Notes under the pieces: generated by a model
Told to the model about the DNA's origin: nothing
Database searches by the model: none
The model's input: only the letters and a program-made list of their open reading frames with translations
Position numbers and translations under genes: made by a program
NCBI GenBank assembly: GCA_012295275.1
Contig: CM022679.1
Location: forward strand, 744,001 to 808,000
Direction of reading: 5' to 3'
From: Chrysomallon squamiferum
Taxonomy: Eukaryota; Animalia; Mollusca
Length of the DNA stretch: 64,000 bases
Part shown: in pieces, positions 59,701 to 64,000 of the stretch
How the letters are laid out: the number at the start of each line of letters is the position of its first letter
How positions within the stretch are numbered: position 1 is the first letter of the stretch

Positions 59701-60372
59701 TTTGTTCTGGCTATATATCAGCCTACCTTTCCATTCTGCACTTCAAGTAATCCATTGAAGCTTGACGGCATTTTCCATTTTCAAGTTCATTTCTTCGAAG
59801 ACATCTCATGTATTTGAACATGAACTCTTTGCATTCACCTTTTAAAAACATTTCAAGACACAAAATGTTTGACATTTAAATCTGACTTTAAAAAAACAGA
59901 GATATATGAGTATTTTTATGGTATACGAGATTAAATTCTAATATTAATTTTGCCATGAGTTCATTATAAAATAAATTTCTCAATTGCTCAAGATGTAATA
60001 ATAATATCGTATTAACACTAATAACAGTTACTATATTATAGTGCAATAACTGTTATCAAGGTTTCACTATTTAATGCAATAAATAAACATGAATTATTAT
60101 AAACATTTAAGATACTAAAAGCAAAACTATTCGAAGTAGGAGAAAAATGAACAGTTTAGACAACAAAATAAATAAACAATATCGGAACGTGCTTTACGGT
60201 TATAGCTGTTTTAGGCCAATCACGGTATCTGGACCAACGACATTAAAATGACAATTAAAAGTAACTTTCCCGAATATTTTATTTGATACATACCTTCATG
60301 GTCTAATGGAAAACTTCCCTTTTCTGGAGGTTTGACAAAAGTCTTACTCGTGAATGTCATTTGCGTCGACAT
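59327..60372 (-). CDS. COX19: Cytochrome c oxidase assembly protein COX19, 91 aa
   Basis: Exons (minus) are 60372-60294, 59838-59727 and 59411-59327. It has [15 protein letters not shown], a twin CX9C motif ([22 protein letters not shown]) and [17 protein letters not shown]. Confidence 0.97.
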
Positions 60373-61804
60373 TGTTGTTGATGCAAGAGTTTACCTTCTT
60401 GTTGTACTGCAGAACATCAACTTCACTGCAAATGAATTAGAGTTACTTCCCCTAATGTGGAGATTTTCAGTCACAGAATCGCCAGAATGGAGTGGCGGTA
60501 AATGCTTGTTTGTTTACAGCGTTGTCATTTGACAAAATATAATTATTGGTATTCTCTCTGCTTTTATACAGTATTGTACACATGCTTGTAGAAAACACGG
60601 ATTTAAGAAACTGACATTCGGTGAAATGAAATCTCAAGAGTTACACTTTTTTTTTTACAGAAGTACTGAGTTCGTTAATCATGATCATCATCATCATGAT
60701 GATCATCATGTTAATTGACAAACTTCAACAACTTGAACAAGTGTTTATTCCCACAAATTTTCTATGGCTGTGAGCGTGAGTACTATTTTATAATTTTTAG
60801 TATTTAGTTATAAATTATGTATAATATCATCTGTGATATATTGTTCTTATTAATTGTCTATACCTATACGGTAGTATACCACAGACGTGTGCCTAGATCA
60901 TGAACCTATCTGCTGGTCATAAAAATTTGCTGAAGGTTTTGTATTAATTAACAACTTTTAGGAGTAAAAGTAATCACTGAACAGTGTGTGTTAAATTAGG
61001 TTTTCATAATTTTGATAATTCAAAATGGTCACTATACAGTGGACAACTGTTTTTAGTTATTAAACAACCTGTAACAGTTCGTCTTACAAACAACTTAGAT
61101 TTTCAAAATAATTCAATTCTGTGATTAAATGATTAATGTAGTAATAGTTTAATTTTATGATTTAAACAATTATCCAGTAGTACATACTAACATACTATTA
61201 ATATTATCAGTCATCTAGATTTTTGCAAACTGATCAAACTCTAATCAGTTTCATTACAGTACAGCAGAGCATTCGAAAATGTTCACTCACATTTATTTCA
61301 CTGAATTTTATTGGATGCATTTATTGTAGAAAACTCGGATGTAAAGATGGAAACATAAATTTAATAAACTTAAAAATACTTTTGTTAATTTTAGTTCATT
61401 CATTAACTCGGAAAACTGGATTTGTACTTGCAATGCTGTTTTAAGTAAATGTTGTTTCAGATGTAAGAAGACAAAAGATTTTGTTAAATATAAATTAAGA
61501 TATTCAAGACATTGCCATTTTGTTCACAAGCTGTAAAGTAACTGTCTGATGGGGTTCATATTTGTCAAAACAAAGATAAAAATTTCTGCTAATGCTGGAA
61601 ATGTTATGGGATCTCACACAATGTAGTGTTCTAGTGTTAGAACACACAGACCCACTCACTCTCTCACACACACACACATTGAAATGGTGATATTAGAAGT
61701 AACAAACGTAACCTACAAGCTATGGTTTAAATTTTAATACATAAAAAGGAATCTAGAAATTATAAAGTTTTATATAGACATCATGTTTACATTTCAGAGA
61801 CAGT

Positions 61805-63743
61805 ATGGAAGAAGATACAAATTTTGTTGAATTCTGGGAAGATGTCTTCTCTGACTATTCTGATGAGAGAAGAGAAACTGAGTCATCCGAACTGCAGGTC
61901 ACAACCAGTCGTTGCTATGGACGCGGTATGATTCGGTCTGAAATGAAAATACCCAGAATTCCATATCATTTACTGTACACGGTATGAGTAATAAAACTTA
62001 AAAATATATTCATTGTTAATACTGTTAATTTATTTCTGAGATATATTATACTGAACTTTATGTATTTTGGAACAGATTCATAAGATTTTCCAGTTAATGC
62101 TTGTTTTGATGATTTTATTAATATTTTTTACATTTTATCATTTATTTATAAGAGACATTTGATATCAAGAAGACTTAAGTGGTGAGAAATCAGCATATTA
62201 AGATTTACATATTCCAAACTTTGTTAATAATAAAGTACAACAATTATGGGTATTATCTTTTCTATAATTACTAGAATTGTAGATATAAAAATGTCAGTGT
62301 TTTCACCCCACACATATACTTTTAGAAAAAACTACAATTATTTTTTGATATTTCTACCAAGTGAATTTTTTTGATGTTTGAGATGTACACATTTAGAAAT
62401 GTTTAATTACAGACAGAAATATTTCACAGACGAGGCAGGGGAAGAGCTCAGGTTTTAAAACACAGGACAGAAAATGTTCAGTCTTCCAACAGACCTGGCA
62501 ACTTGGATTCTTCTCCTCCAGTAAGCTTGTATTCTTTGAATCATTTTACAATTTATTTGTGCATATAATTTACATTTCGTTTTTAATTATTTATTTACTT
62601 TCTTTTCATGATTTTTTCTTAGAATTTCAGTATATTGGTTTAAACTTAGCCATTGAACAATTCTTTGAATTACTAATGTCTAGAACTTTTTTGTTAAATT
62701 TTTAATTTAAAAGAAATTAATATATATTATATTGCACTACACTATATTTATTTGTCATTATTACTTTGCTGTTTTCAATGTTTATCTTTATTCTGGAAAA
62801 GCTGTTGAAAGAAATAACATTCTGTAGGAAAATCTGTGTCAGTATTTTATCATAAATTGGAATGTCACTTAACATTTAATAGAATGTTTATTTAGCAGCT
62901 TCATGGTTCAGCATCTGAAAACGCCCAGCATTTTGATAATGATCTGTTTGTTCCCTTACAAAGAACCTCTTCCTACCATCCATTTGTCCATCCACGACAA
63001 AAAGACAAAATTCCAAATCTGAGATCTCAAGATGATTTTCCGGATCTTGTTGAGCAAGTCGCTGACAGAGTTTCTGGTCTATCAGTAAGTGAAGAAGGAA
63101 ATGACAGTAAAAGTTCTTCAGAAAGTCAACAGTCTGACGTCACATTTAGAAGTGAAACTAGACAGATAGATAGTGACTACAACTGTACAGCAAATGAAAC
63201 AGATAATGAGAGTAGCGATAACCATTATCAAATAAAAGAATATAAAACTGGACAATCAAGCAGTGAGGTGTTTAAAACTGGACAGTCAGATAGTGGCAGA
63301 TCTAAAAGTGAAGATGCAAATAGTGACACATCAGAAAAAAACACTGATAGTGACATGCATGATCAAATGTGTATCCAAACTGATCAGAGTGGAACCTGCA
63401 AGACGGCCAATGATGAAGAGCCACTCTGTTCCAGCAGCAGGCAAACCAGACCTGCCACAGCTAAAAGAACAAAACACAGAATAAGAAGCAGAAAGAAAGG
63501 GAAAAAGTCTCAGCAGGCCAGCAGTAACTCACCAAACAGTAAAAATACTTCAGAGGAAGTGTTGTTTCCAGGTTTGCCTCACAGAACTGAAGAGTGGACA
63601 TTAAAGGGAGACAATGTGATTCAGATTGAGGGACTTCCTGCTGTTGGTGATTTGAGCAATCTTCGAGGACTGATCTCTTCATTTGGTGACACAGTGGGCG
63701 TGGAGCAGCTGTGTCTAGGTGAACAACGTGCAATGAGAATTAG
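61805..63743 (+). CDS. 5' part of an unidentified protein: GRG motifs, DFPxL motif, acidic disordered region, basic cluster, start of an RRM-like domain; continues beyond the window
   Basis: Exons are 61805-61981, 62413-62520 and 62896/62899-63743. They are open and in phase with canonical splice sites. The last exon ends in VIQIEGLPAVGDLSNLRGLISSFGDTV (RNP2-like) before the donor AG|GTATTT. It lies head-to-head with COX19. Confidence 0.7.
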
Positions 63744-64000
63744 GTATTTTATTTGTTTAACTTCTGTTATCATTTCTTGTAAAGTTGTGTAAAAGTGACA
63801 CACGCCTGTCTACCAGGATAGAGATGAAGATTGTTTCATGTTGCAGAATAATCCTCCTTAAGGCACCCATTTGACTCTTTTTGACTGCTTTATTAAACAA
63901 CATGGTGTATGTGGTTTATGTCAGCACACATTTTTATTTTTTTTATTTTTTTTCCTTTTTGTTCTTTATCTTCTTAATTTTTAATTTTTCTTGTTATTAC

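Overview
AT-rich, microsatellite-dense eukaryotic genomic DNA with spliceosomal introns. It is an invertebrate animal, plausibly a mollusc (inference only). I reconstructed seven spliced protein-coding genes by hand from GT-AG boundaries and phase continuity: an SBK1/meng-po-like Ser/Thr kinase (+, one coding exon, one apparent 1-nt deletion); an HP1BP3-like triple-H15 chromatin protein (+, 10 coding exons) with an extra N-terminal RFX-like winged helix, one U12-type intron and one apparent 1-nt deletion; LRMDA (-); a compact secreted precursor (+) built as signal peptide / cationic 4-Cys peptide / KRKR / acidic twin-EF-hand propiece; TEFM (-); COX19 (-); and the 5' part of an unidentified acidic, RRM-like protein gene (+). 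The most interesting items are the candidate antimicrobial peptide with a Ca-binding EF-hand propiece, the RFX-like domain fused to HP1BP3, three tandem duplications that copy exon ends plus their splice donors, a U12 intron, and a near-perfect 146-bp-arm hairpin. Most ORFs in the supplied track are microsatellite artefacts. No database search was run; family calls rest on recalled motifs.
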